From positions 1-40,423 of the forward strand of contig JASFYO010000077.1 of assembly GCA_045047305.1 (NCBI GenBank): a stretch of DNA of 40,423 nt, given 5' to 3'. Under the pieces are notes generated by a model. It did no database searches. It was given only the letters and a program-made list of their open reading frames with translations, and was not told where the DNA came from. The translations under genes were made by a program, and so were the position numbers. This DNA is from Planctomycetota bacterium. Lineage in GTDB: Bacteria > Planctomycetota > UBA1135. Shown here one piece after another: positions 17,436 to 26,903 of this stretch (the first letter of the stretch is position 1; each line of letters starts with the position of its first letter).

Positions 17436-19195
17436 TAATGTGGGGCGACTCGGAAGTATTTCGTTGCTATTGGCTCAAACGGATGCGGCCAATAGTTGGA
17501 GAACCATGGCTGAGTCAAAATCCAACTCCGACGGTGGTCAATCGGGATGCCGGGAGTTTCATGATTTAGAATCGCAAGCATTTTGCCAATGATGATTTGC
17601 CGCTCTGGTGAATCTTGCATCACTTTCATCTCGCGATAAAGCTGGTCAAAGTCTTGGTTGCGGAAGTTCGATAGATTCGTATCGGTGCCTGCAAGTGGGC
17701 CAAAGAAAGTTTGCAGGATGAGTGACGCATCGGGCCAATCCAGGACCCATGCACGCAGGAAGACTTGCGCTTGGCCACTGCGTTCGCGTTCCATTTGCTC
17801 GTGGTGGGGGAGCGGGAGGAACTCGAGACGAATGCCGATTTGGGCAAGTGTTGCTTGGAAGAATAGAGCAACGGATTGCGAGTTTTCGTCTTGGTAGGCA
17901 AGGAGCTCGATGGAGGGTAGACCTTTGCCTCCAGGGTATCCAGCCTGAACCAACAGTTTCCGCGCGCGCACTAAATCCGTGACCACAAGGTCTGAGGGCG
18001 GGAATTCCTGACTCTTTGGGATGACCGGAGGAAGAAACGTTTTCGCAGAGAATGCTGGAGCAGCTCCACGAACATTTGTACTCCAAACCTTGTGTGGGAA
18101 GCAGAGGGCAATGGCCTGGCGCAACAAGCGCCGTTTTTCATTGCCTTCATCATCGCCGCGCACATTCCCAACCACAGGGTCTTTCATGCCGAAGCAAAGC
18201 ATGGTGACATCGGAACCGTCGCGATCAAACAACTGGTAATTTTTATCCTCGAAGTCCTTTTGAATTTGGAAATCTTTATCGAGGAAGTGAGACACTCCTT
18301 GCGAGCCTAAGGAGAGGCGATCAAAGGAACCATCTTTGAACTGTTGGATTGCGTTTTGCGTATCGCGCACCACATGAAATTCCACCTGGTCTAAAAACGG
18401 CAAGGTCCCATCGCCAAAGGGCGATTCCTGGCCACGCCAATGGGGAGTACGCGCAAGAATAATGGTTTGCCCTTCTAGCCATTCTTGAAGCATGAATCCT
18501 GCACTGCCTACAGGCTGATCCCTCATGCCGCGACCCTTGGCGAGTACCGCTTCTTGCGGATAGACCTCGAAGTGCGTCATCGCAAGGCGCTGCAGGAAAT
18601 CGGGATCAGGTTCTAAAAGCTGCAGTTTGAGTCGGTGCCTATCTAACACCTGTATGCCTTCCAATCCGTGCTCCATGGCATCGGCAAAGGCGGCATCTGC
18701 AATGGCTGGATCTAAAGCCGCAGTGCGTTTACGAAACTCATTGAGCCCCCGAAACACACCATCCATGGCCCAGAAACCGGCAGAGGTGTTACGCGCATCG
18801 GCCATGCGAAGCCATGAATAGAGCACATCCTGCGCAACCAAAAGGCGCTGCCGACTTGGCCATAGCGGTGGCTCGAAGGGGTCGTAGAAGGCTGCGTTTT
18901 CGCGCAGAGTGAAGGTCCATGAGAGCTTGTCCTCGGAGACCTCCCATGATTCAGCAAGCAAGCCTTGGATGGTGCCAGTGCTCGATAAATAGTTGTATTC
19001 GGTCAGCGTTTCCAGAATCTGGCGCTGCATGACGGCATCGATCATCTGCGTGCTTTGCACTGGATCGAAACCCTGCGGGCCAAAAGTTAAGCGTAAATGC
19101 GCAATGCTTAACTCCTGCTCGGGTTGGGTGGCCGCAGGCTCTTGCGCGCCATGCGATGCCGCTGAAGTGAGCAGGAGGAGTGGAAGGAAAAGCAA
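17435..19195 (-). CDS. ABC substrate-binding protein, family 5 (OppA/DppA-like)
   Basis: LAESWEVSED..WTFTLR, DVLYSW.R, PVGSAGF.L..W, LRQAI, ARKLL..AGYP; signal peptide; TTG start. Confidence 0.88.
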   Translation of the reverse strand: MLFLPLLLLTSAASHGAQEPAATQPEQELSIAHLRLTFGPQGFDPVQSTQMIDAVMQRQILETLTEYNYLSSTGTIQGLLAESWEVSEDKLSWTFTLRENAAFYDPFEPPLWPSRQRLLVAQDVLYSWLRMADARNTSAGFWAMDGVFRGLNEFRKRTAALDPAIADAAFADAMEHGLEGIQVLDRHRLKLQLLEPDPDFLQRLAMTHFEVYPQEAVLAKGRGMRDQPVGSAGFMLQEWLEGQTIILARTPHWRGQESPFGDGTLPFLDQVEFHVVRDTQNAIQQFKDGSFDRLSLGSQGVSHFLDKDFQIQKDFEDKNYQLFDRDGSDVTMLCFGMKDPVVGNVRGDDEGNEKRRLLRQAIALCFPHKVWSTNVRGAAPAFSAKTFLPPVIPKSQEFPPSDLVVTDLVRARKLLVQAGYPGGKGLPSIELLAYQDENSQSVALFFQATLAQIGIRLEFLPLPHHEQMERERSGQAQVFLRAWVLDWPDASLILQTFFGPLAGTDTNLSNFRNQDFDQLYREMKVMQDSPERQIIIGKMLAILNHETPGIPIDHRRSWILTQPWFSNYWPHPFEPIATKYFRVAPH

Positions 19196-19201
19196 AATGG
19201 T

Positions 19202-20392
19202 TTACAGCGGTTCGGCGAGCATACCTAAGTGGCGATCACCAATCCGTGTGGCAATCAAAGTCATGCGTTTGTCGCCATACTTCTTAGGCAAGAAACGATG
19301 CTCTAAGGTCTGTGGGCGTTCAGCTATCCCACGTTTGCGAATAATCAAGCTACCTACTTTGTGCTCGCGCATCATGGCGCGCATTTTTCGTGGGTCCAAG
19401 CTTTCGACCGCAAGAATCTTGAATCCATCCAGGAACGGACTCTCCACTTTCTTATCGCTGGCTAAGTAGCCGATTTCTGGATCGATGTTCCACAGACCTA
19501 ATTCTTCAGCTAACTTGCCGAGCAATCCGGAACGCACCATGGCAGGGTCTGGATCGTAAAGGTACTGGCCGATTTCACCGGTTTCCGCATGTGTGTGTTC
19601 TTCACCTGAGTAGCTTTCGCCATCAGGGAGAATCGTTGCGCGACGTTCGACACCGGTCGCGAGTTTGCCATACCAAAAAATGTTCTCCTTTGCTTCCCCG
19701 CGGTAGGAAACGATCTCGATTTCATCTGGTTTAGGAAACAGCTCGAATAGAGTTTCCATGTCCACCGCTGGTGAAAGTTTCAAGCACGCGCCCGGGCGCC
19801 CTGCAATCATCTTGCTAATCACATCTGGAGCCGGCGACCAATCGGCTGGATTCATAATCCGACGACTGCCACGGCGCCGTGCAGGGTCGAGCATAATGGG
19901 GCCGTTTTGTGGGATCTCCTCTAGGCAATCAGCCACTTTAAAATCCACCCTGTCACCCACGCCAGAAAGGAGGGCATTAGCCTCAGCGTAGTGGGCTGCG
20001 ATGTCATTTTTATCGCTGGCGTGCACCTTCAGCCCAGCTTGCGCTAATGCGATGGTGTCAGAACCCATGCCGCAGCAGGGGTCGTAGACTTCCGTAAATC
20101 CAGCCTCCGCGAATCGTTTAGCGCGGTAGGCGGCAACCGGCTGACTGGAGGCCTGCTCCAGAAGTGGCTTGGTGAAATACATGTCCAAACCCAAATCGAA
20201 CTTCTGCTGCGCCCTTCGACGCAAGGCTCGTAGTTCTCCCATGGCCTCAGCTACCTTTTTGGGAAACATGCCGCGGAAGCTTTCCTGAATCGCCAGCGGG
20301 TCGTCTCCGAGGGTGCGAAACAGCACCATGGTCTCTTGAGCCTCTTCAGAGGTCAGAATCATCGCGGTCTTGAGGTCAAGTCTTACGGCCAT
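19202..20392 (-). CDS. Class I SAM-dependent methyltransferase with THUMP-like C-terminal domain
   Basis: LEQASS, DPCCGMGSD (motif I), LDPARR, WSP, KLSP, YLYDPDPA..RSG. Confidence 0.8.
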   Translation of the reverse strand: MAVRLDLKTAMILTSEEAQETMVLFRTLGDDPLAIQESFRGMFPKKVAEAMGELRALRRRAQQKFDLGLDMYFTKPLLEQASSQPVAAYRAKRFAEAGFTEVYDPCCGMGSDTIALAQAGLKVHASDKNDIAAHYAEANALLSGVGDRVDFKVADCLEEIPQNGPIMLDPARRRGSRRIMNPADWSPAPDVISKMIAGRPGACLKLSPAVDMETLFELFPKPDEIEIVSYRGEAKENIFWYGKLATGVERRATILPDGESYSGEEHTHAETGEIGQYLYDPDPAMVRSGLLGKLAEELGLWNIDPEIGYLASDKKVESPFLDGFKILAVESLDPRKMRAMMREHKVGSLIIRKRGIAERPQTLEHRFLPKKYGDKRMTLIATRIGDRHLGMLAEPL

Positions 20393-20411
20393 CTGGTTTC
20401 ATTCTAGCATT

Positions 20412-20457
20412 GAAAACGGGTTTCGCACTCATCACAAAGGATAGGTGCGAAACCCGT
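20412..20457 (-). terminator. Rho-independent terminator of the beta-barrel gene
   Basis: 13-bp perfect stem ACGGGTTTCGCAC (20416-20428) / GTGCGAAACCCGT (20445-20457) followed by a short T-run on the minus strand, about 20 nt after the stop. Confidence 0.7.
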
Positions 20458-20476
20458 GGTGGTCATCCAGATTAAT

Positions 20477-21274
20477 CTAGAACTCAGTTCCGATAAGAAG
20501 GTTCCAGCGACGGTCAGTGCTCGTGAAGCCTGCGGATGGATTGCCGTCCCAGGCAATGCCGTTGGTCAAGGACAGGTGCCAGTTGGTGGAGAAATCCCAC
20601 TTCACTCCGAGATCTTGAACATAGGACTCAATATTGCCACCGCTTAGGTAGACCCCAGTGGCGGTAAAATTAACATCGTCCATCCAGGTGCAAGGACCGG
20701 CGAAATCGAAAGCCGCGCGACCCACAGCACTGGTGTCGTTTAGAGTTCCAATCTTGTTCTCTGTCACGTAGGAAACACCGCCTTCTAGGTCTATGCGCGC
20801 TTCTTCATAAACGTGAAAGGTGTAGCCAAAACCAACACCACTGGTGGCGCGCATCTGCAAGCCATTGGGCTCATCTTGACGCGTGCCGAATGCGGCGTAA
20901 GTGAAGAGGTTTTCCGCATCAGAGAAGTAGCGGTTATAGGCTGCTTCGTAGGCATACAGGCGCGATGTGGTGGTGGAATTACCCGTTGTGTCTTCGGTGC
21001 GCACACCAGAATAATGGGCACCAAGCTTTACCTTATGCAGGCCTTCCGCCCAGTCCAAAGTAAGGTTGGCGGCGCCATTGGACGAGTTGCTGTTGCCGGC
21101 AACATCGGTAAATGAAATGTCAGCAAGGCCACTCCAGTTGCTTGTTTTCTCCACTGCATCCTCTTGGATAACAGCCATGGAGAGTGAGCTGGTGGTTTCA
21201 GCGGCGGTTTCGTCGGTGCCACCAGAGACTGGAGTGGTGAGCAAAGTGCTCTGTAGAAGAAGGAAAGTAAGCAT
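20477..21274 (-). CDS. DUF481/YdiY-like outer-membrane beta-barrel protein
   Basis: W.G......GNS, D...GL..R...GVG.GY, LE.G..Y..E; alternating beta pattern; C-terminal Phe; ATG 21274. Confidence 0.75.
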   Translation of the reverse strand: MLTFLLLQSTLLTTPVSGGTDETAAETTSSLSMAVIQEDAVEKTSNWSGLADISFTDVAGNSNSSNGAANLTLDWAEGLHKVKLGAHYSGVRTEDTTGNSTTTSRLYAYEAAYNRYFSDAENLFTYAAFGTRQDEPNGLQMRATSGVGFGYTFHVYEEARIDLEGGVSYVTENKIGTLNDTSAVGRAAFDFAGPCTWMDDVNFTATGVYLSGGNIESYVQDLGVKWDFSTNWHLSLTNGIAWDGNPSAGFTSTDRRWNLLIGTEF

Positions 21275-21321
21275 GGTTTTGGGGATTTGAGGGGTCTCCA
21301 AGAGGGAGAGAGCCGGGCATT

Positions 21322-21350
21322 TTAAGGGAATCGGTGAAAGAAACCGATAA
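21322..21350 (+). promoter_or_regulatory. Possible sigma28 (FliA)-type promoter of the HD-GYP gene
   Basis: TTAAG-N16-ACCGATAA resembles TAAA-N15/16-GCCGATAA; ends 8 nt before ATG 21359. Confidence 0.4.
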
Positions 21351-21358
21351 AGACCTTA

Positions 21359-22729
21359 ATGTCCACGGCCTTTCGCCCGAAAACCACAACTGCAGTGCAG
21401 GATGGGGTCAATCACAGTTTCCTGAAACCGCGAGGTCTCGCGTTTTCAGGTGCGCTTTTAGCTGGTTTACTCGCCGGGGGCTTAACCTGGGGCGGGGGGC
21501 AATACTTGATGAGAGCCGATATTAGCAGTCAAGCTAAGGAAGCTGGAAACTCTCTCCTGGCACATGCTGCCGTCATTGCCAAGGAAATTGGAAAACCATT
21601 GGATGTGGGAGATTCACAGCAGGCACTTGCCGCTCTGCATAAGCGTTTGAGCGCGATTCCGCGTGCTACCGCCTACGTGGTGGATGCCGATGGCAAGGCC
21701 TTGATGCCAGGTGGTCCAGAAGGGGGTGCTAAAAACCTGGAAAGTCCATCGGAAGTCACCGAAGGCGTACTCTTAGGCAAAATCGGCTACGCCAATGTCC
21801 TAGAAATCCGTCACGTAGTCCGTGGACGACTTCTGCCGCTTGGCACGCTTCACTTACGCCAAGAATTACTTGCTCCGCTTTGGGCTGGCAGCATTCTTCC
21901 TCTGGCGCAGTGGACTAGTTTGATTAGCGCGATTGCAGCTTTTCTTTTCTTGTCCATTTCCATGCGTGGGCTTGGGCGCTTGCACCGAGTTTTGGATCGT
22001 GCTGGAGCCGGAGATTTTTACGAGCGCGCACCGGCCGTCGGATGTTTTGAAATTAGAGAGCTAGTCAAGAAAACTCACGACATCATGCAATGCGTTGGTG
22101 CTGCCCAAGAGGAAGCGCAACGTGTTTACGTCGAGACCGCGATTGCCTTGAGCAAAACAATTGAAGCGAAGGACCGCTACACCAGTGGTCACAGTCAGCG
22201 CGTTACGGTTTATTCGGTGGAGATTGGGGAGTCCCTGAACTTCGATGAGGATCGCCTTGAAACCCTACGTTTGGGTGCATTGCTGCATGATATTGGCAAA
22301 GTGGCGGTGCCGGATGATGTCCTGCTCAAGCCATCCGCCCTTACCGACGATGAGTTCAAGACCATGAAGCGCCACCCCATGGCCGGCGACCGCATTTTGT
22401 CCGCGATTCCTGGTCTCCGCGACATGGCGGATATCGCTCGCAGCCACCACGAAAAATGGGATGGCAGTGGCTATCCGCTCGGCGTTGCTGGTGATTCCAT
22501 CCCACTTGAAGGGCGCATCGTTGCGATTGCCGATGCCTATGATGCCTTGATTACCAAGCGCTCCTACAAGCCTGCGATGGCGATTGAGAAAGCGCTGAAT
22601 ATCATCGAGGCGGATGCTGGCACCCACTTCGACCCGGAGTTAGCGCGTCTCTTCGTGACCATGAAGCGCAATGGCAAGGGCTATAAGCCACTGCCGTCGG
22701 CTAAGGCCGTAGAAGCTCCTAGCGTCTAA
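21359..22729 (+). CDS. Membrane-bound HD-GYP cyclic-di-GMP phosphodiesterase with HAMP-like linker
   Basis: Two TM helices; EAKD.YT.GHS.RV, LLHDIGK, HHEKWDGSGYP, VAIADAYDA..R.YK, THFDP. Confidence 0.92.
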   Translation: MSTAFRPKTTTAVQDGVNHSFLKPRGLAFSGALLAGLLAGGLTWGGGQYLMRADISSQAKEAGNSLLAHAAVIAKEIGKPLDVGDSQQALAALHKRLSAIPRATAYVVDADGKALMPGGPEGGAKNLESPSEVTEGVLLGKIGYANVLEIRHVVRGRLLPLGTLHLRQELLAPLWAGSILPLAQWTSLISAIAAFLFLSISMRGLGRLHRVLDRAGAGDFYERAPAVGCFEIRELVKKTHDIMQCVGAAQEEAQRVYVETAIALSKTIEAKDRYTSGHSQRVTVYSVEIGESLNFDEDRLETLRLGALLHDIGKVAVPDDVLLKPSALTDDEFKTMKRHPMAGDRILSAIPGLRDMADIARSHHEKWDGSGYPLGVAGDSIPLEGRIVAIADAYDALITKRSYKPAMAIEKALNIIEADAGTHFDPELARLFVTMKRNGKGYKPLPSAKAVEAPSV

Positions 22730-22788
22730 GCGTTGACCTTCGGCCTCGGTTAAAGGAAACTGGCGCTCCGGGATTTCCCGTGTAGCCC

Positions 22789-24138
22789 ATGTTCCAACGC
22801 CACCGCCAAGCTTTTCTCGATCACATGGAGGACGGCGATATCGCCCTCTTTCAAGGTGCGAGCCTTATGGTTCGTAACCACGATGTGGATTTCCCACTCC
22901 GGCAGCAGTCGGGTTTTTGGTATCTGACTGGATTGCCGGAAGCAGAAGGCGCCCTCATGCTCGCTAAGGGGGTTGATGGAGTTGCGGAGGAAACCTTGTT
23001 CGTTTTGCCGCGCGACCTTTCAAAAGAAACCTGGCATGGTCGACGTCTCGGTCCCGAAGGCGCAATGGAGAAGTTGGGATTTGCCGACGCCCGCGAAAAC
23101 GATGAGTTTGAGCACGTGGTCAGCGCAGCGATGGCAAAGGCGAATCGGGTTTGGTGTCGTCTTGGTGAGCAAGCTGAGCTAGACGCCTTCGTACTGGAAA
23201 GTTTGGCCACTTTGCGCAAGCAAGCGCGATTGGGTTTGACTCCACCTAGCTCGGTGTTAGATCCCGGCCCAGTGCTGGATGAGTTGCGCTTGTTCAAGTC
23301 CCAAGACGAGCTGAACCTCATGCGCCGTGCGGCAGCGATCAGTGCCGAGGCGCACATGTTGGCGATGTCGCAATGCAACCCTGGCATGTACGAGCATCAG
23401 CTCGAAGCCCTGTTGCACTTCACTTTCCGTAATCATGGTTGCAACGATGCCGGCTGGGCTTATCCATCGATTGTTGCCAGTGGCGGCAATGCGTGCATCT
23501 TGCATTACACCGAGAACAATCAAGCTTGTGCCGACGGCGACCTGGTCTTGATTGATGCCGGTGGTGAGTTTCAGCACTATGCCGCCGACATCACTCGCTG
23601 CTTTCCGGTCAATGGCAAGTTCAGCCCTGCCCAGCGCGATGTCTACCAAGTAGTTTTAGATGCTCAAGTCGCCGCGGTGGATGCGGTGCGCGCCGGCACG
23701 CCATTTCACGATATTCACGACCTCGCCAGCTTGAAATTGTGCGAGGGCCTGGTGTCCATGGGAGTGGTCAAGACCTCGGTGGAGGAAGCCCTGGAATCCG
23801 GAAGCTTCCGCAAGTGGACGATTCACAATACTTCGCACTGGATAGGCCTCGATGTGCATGATTGTGGCGCTTATCGCTTTGATGGCGTTTCGCGTCCCTT
23901 GGAGCCCGACATGGTGCTGACGGTGGAGCCTGGGCTGTACTTTGCGCCAGATGATGAAAGTATTCCCAGCGAATTGCGTGGGATAGGCGTACGCATTGAG
24001 GACGACGTGCACGTGACCGGTGGAGTCCCTGAAAATCTCACTGTCGCGACTCCCAAAACCATCGCCGACGTCGAACAAGCTTGTGCCGCTGAACGGGTGG
24101 CGCCGCCAACACTTGAAAGTGCTGGAATCACCAAATGA
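22789..24138 (+). CDS. pepP: Xaa-Pro aminopeptidase (aminopeptidase P)
   Basis: RQQSGFWYLTG, LRLFKS..E, ILHY..N, LIDAG, YAADITR, HWIGLDVHD, TVEPGLY, GVRIEDD. Confidence 0.93.
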   Translation: MFQRHRQAFLDHMEDGDIALFQGASLMVRNHDVDFPLRQQSGFWYLTGLPEAEGALMLAKGVDGVAEETLFVLPRDLSKETWHGRRLGPEGAMEKLGFADARENDEFEHVVSAAMAKANRVWCRLGEQAELDAFVLESLATLRKQARLGLTPPSSVLDPGPVLDELRLFKSQDELNLMRRAAAISAEAHMLAMSQCNPGMYEHQLEALLHFTFRNHGCNDAGWAYPSIVASGGNACILHYTENNQACADGDLVLIDAGGEFQHYAADITRCFPVNGKFSPAQRDVYQVVLDAQVAAVDAVRAGTPFHDIHDLASLKLCEGLVSMGVVKTSVEEALESGSFRKWTIHNTSHWIGLDVHDCGAYRFDGVSRPLEPDMVLTVEPGLYFAPDDESIPSELRGIGVRIEDDVHVTGGVPENLTVATPKTIADVEQACAAERVAPPTLESAGITK

Positions 24139-25073
24139 ATGACCAAACGCCCTATGCCGTGGAGCTCCGCGGCATCACCAAAAAGTATGGAGACTTCACC
24201 GCAGTCAAGGACATCAACCTTGCTGTGCCCACCGGCTCCATTTACGGATTTCTCGGCCCTAACGGCGCTGGTAAAACCACCACCATTCGTATGATTCTGG
24301 ATATCGTCAAACCTACATCGGGTAGCTTGACGGTTTTGGGAGCACCTACGGCGATGGATGTGCGCGAGCGCATCGGCTACCTGCCGGAAGAGAAGGGGCT
24401 GTATAAGAAAATGAAGGCTTGGGGGGTAATCGCTTACTTTGCCAAGTTGAAGGGTATGAAGGGCAAAGAAGCCAAGCTGCGAGCCTACGAATTGCTCGAG
24501 CGTTATGGCCTGGGCGATTTTGCTGACAAGAAAGTGGAGACGCTGTCCAAAGGTATGGGGCAGAAGGTGCAGGTGTTGGCGTCGATCGCTCACAATCCTG
24601 ACTTCGTCATCTTGGATGAGCCGTTTTCGGGTTTGGATCCAAGCAACCAGCAGGTGATGGAGGACGTGATCAAAGACATGAGCGAGGCCGGTGCCACGAT
24701 TGTGTTTAGCACCCACGTGATGTCGCATGCCGAACGGATATGCGATCGCATTTTGCTGATTGCGAATGCCGAAAAGGTCTTCGATGGCACGATTGAAGAA
24801 GCCAAGGCGGTCATCCCAAAGATTGTGCGCGTCGATGGAGTGGATGACTCCGTTGCGCTAGGCAAGCTTCCTGGAGTGACTGCTGTGCGTTGCGTGGAAG
24901 ATGGCAGTGGCTTCGATGTCACCATGTCCGATGAGGCAAACCCACAAGAGCTCATGCGCAACTGTTTTCAGAATGGCATCGAGTTAACTTCTTTCCAGTA
25001 CCACGAACCCACATTACACGACGTCTTCCTCCACCTTGTAGGTGATGAAGCCAAGGTCGCGACTCTTCGTTGA
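24135..25073 (+). CDS. ABC exporter ATP-binding protein (NatA/YhaQ-like)
   Basis: GPNGAGKTT, YLPEEKGLY, LSKGMGQK, ILDEPFSGLDP, FSTH. Confidence 0.93.
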   Translation: MNDQTPYAVELRGITKKYGDFTAVKDINLAVPTGSIYGFLGPNGAGKTTTIRMILDIVKPTSGSLTVLGAPTAMDVRERIGYLPEEKGLYKKMKAWGVIAYFAKLKGMKGKEAKLRAYELLERYGLGDFADKKVETLSKGMGQKVQVLASIAHNPDFVILDEPFSGLDPSNQQVMEDVIKDMSEAGATIVFSTHVMSHAERICDRILLIANAEKVFDGTIEEAKAVIPKIVRVDGVDDSVALGKLPGVTAVRCVEDGSGFDVTMSDEANPQELMRNCFQNGIELTSFQYHEPTLHDVFLHLVGDEAKVATLR

Positions 25074-26740
25074 GCCAGAATATGAATAACTCCTTTCACA
25101 TTGCAGCGCGCGAGTATTCTGAGAACGCACGCACCAAGGGATTCTGGATCAACCTGTTGATGTTCCCAGCGATTCTGTTTCTGTCGATTAAAGTGCCTCA
25201 ACTGCTCGAGGAAAAGGCCAAGCCGATACGTCACTTTGTAGTGGTGGACCAGAGCGAAGCTTTCATCGACATCATCGACCAATCGCTTGAGCGGGACTAC
25301 CAAGTTTCCGTGATGAAAAAGTTGATTGGTTATATTCAGAAGTATGCGAAGGGTTCTGAAGGGGAAAACAATTCGGGTGTCCCTTCTGCGCAGAATTTAG
25401 AAGACATGCCTGAGATGGATCTTGGTGGCAACCCCACTGACCCGATGGGATCCATTGTGGATCAGTGGCTGGCAAACAACGATGCCCTTCTGGATTCCCT
25501 GCTTGCTCCGGGCGGTTTGGAAATGGCATTGAAGCTTGCTGCGCCGACATTGAATGACAACGCTCCAACCTTTGACCCGCCCAAGCGTTTTATTCAACGT
25601 GCTCCGGTGCCAGAGGGAGTCTTCGACGGCCTAGATTGGAAGACCGCAAAATGGGAAACCATCGTGGCTGCGATGAAGCCATATCTGTTGGATGAAATAC
25701 CCATCGAGGGCAGCGATGATCCATTATTTGCCTTTGTCTTCATCCCACACGATGCATTTGACCAGGTGAAGCTTTCCTCCGAAATCGATGCAGACCCACT
25801 GGCGGCAGCCAAACAGGGAGTTCAGTTTTGGTCGACCAACCTCACCGATAGAGAGATTGAGAAGTTAGTGGAGCGATCCATCAATAAGGAGGTGCAGCGT
25901 CTGGAGTTCTTGAAAGAGGACTTAAACCCCGATGCTATCGCCAGAGTTCAGGGCACCACGATGCGCTTTGCACCTTTCGACCCTAAAAAGAAAGTGGGCG
26001 AGGAAATCGTCAGCATGGCAGATACTTTGCGTAAGTGGGCGCCAGTCGGTTTCGTTTACCTCTTGTGGGTTGCCATCTTTACGGTGGTCAACATGTTGCT
26101 GAATAACACCGTAGAGGAAAAGTCCAACCGCATCATTGAAGTGTTGCTGAGCTCTGCAACGCCTTGGGAAATCATGAGCGGCAAGCTTATCGGGATTGCT
26201 GGTGTCGGCCTCACCATGATGGTGGGTTGGTTCATTTCCCTTCTTGGGGTGCTTACTTACATGGCCGGTCCAGAAGTGGAGTGGGCTGGAGTGTTAATCC
26301 AGGTGATTAAGAGTTCTGGTTTGCTGCCTTTGTTCGGCCTGTACTTCTTTAGTGGCTACATGATCTATGCGGGCATCTTCCTTGCGATTGGAAGCTTGTG
26401 TAACACGGTGAAGGAAGCGCAAAACTTTATGGGGACGGCCACCATTATTCTGATGGTTCCATTGTTCACCATGGTTTTCATTGCCCAGGATCCACACGGT
26501 AGCCTTGCCACTTTCTTGACCTGGGTCCCGCTATACACCCCATTTGTGATGATGAACCGTGCTGCAGCTGATCCACCGATGTTCGATTTGGTCGGCTCTG
26601 GCATTCTCATGTTGGTTACCGCCATTTTCATGCTTTGGTTGTCGAGCCGTATCTTCCGCATGGGCGTTTTACGCACCGGCCAGCCACCCAAGCTTTTGGA
26701 ATTGATCAAGGGACTTTCAACTTCGTGGAAGGACCAGTAA
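25070..26740 (+). CDS. ABC-2 exporter permease (NatB/YhaP-like) with large periplasmic domain
   Basis: AREY....TKGF, VEEKSNRIIEVLLSS, M.GK..G, P..TPF.M..R; TTG 25070 or ATG 25082. Confidence 0.88.
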   Translation: MSQNMNNSFHIAAREYSENARTKGFWINLLMFPAILFLSIKVPQLLEEKAKPIRHFVVVDQSEAFIDIIDQSLERDYQVSVMKKLIGYIQKYAKGSEGENNSGVPSAQNLEDMPEMDLGGNPTDPMGSIVDQWLANNDALLDSLLAPGGLEMALKLAAPTLNDNAPTFDPPKRFIQRAPVPEGVFDGLDWKTAKWETIVAAMKPYLLDEIPIEGSDDPLFAFVFIPHDAFDQVKLSSEIDADPLAAAKQGVQFWSTNLTDREIEKLVERSINKEVQRLEFLKEDLNPDAIARVQGTTMRFAPFDPKKKVGEEIVSMADTLRKWAPVGFVYLLWVAIFTVVNMLLNNTVEEKSNRIIEVLLSSATPWEIMSGKLIGIAGVGLTMMVGWFISLLGVLTYMAGPEVEWAGVLIQVIKSSGLLPLFGLYFFSGYMIYAGIFLAIGSLCNTVKEAQNFMGTATIILMVPLFTMVFIAQDPHGSLATFLTWVPLYTPFVMMNRAAADPPMFDLVGSGILMLVTAIFMLWLSSRIFRMGVLRTGQPPKLLELIKGLSTSWKDQ

Positions 26741-26750
26741 TGGACAGAAA

Positions 26751-26792
26751 GCACTGGAGGGGGAGGCTTAAGCTCTTCCTCCAGTGTTGTTT
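26751..26792 (+). terminator. Probable Rho-independent terminator after the pepP-ABC operon
   Basis: CACTGGAGG (26752-26760) / CCTCCAGTG (26778-26786) stem followed by TTGTTT. Confidence 0.65.
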
Positions 26793-26903
26793 GGGTGCAA
26801 CAAGGTTTCAGCAAAAGTAGGAGCGCGGTTCCTGCCGCATCGCTGCCACCGGGCCAGCAAATCTCAAAGATACCTCCCTAGAGCCAGCGCGTACACTATC
26901 TGC

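Noticed and set aside
26784..26903. 40-aa N-terminal extension of the 853-aa ORF
   Set aside because: Begins inside the terminator; TM helix and TACACT box support GTG 26904
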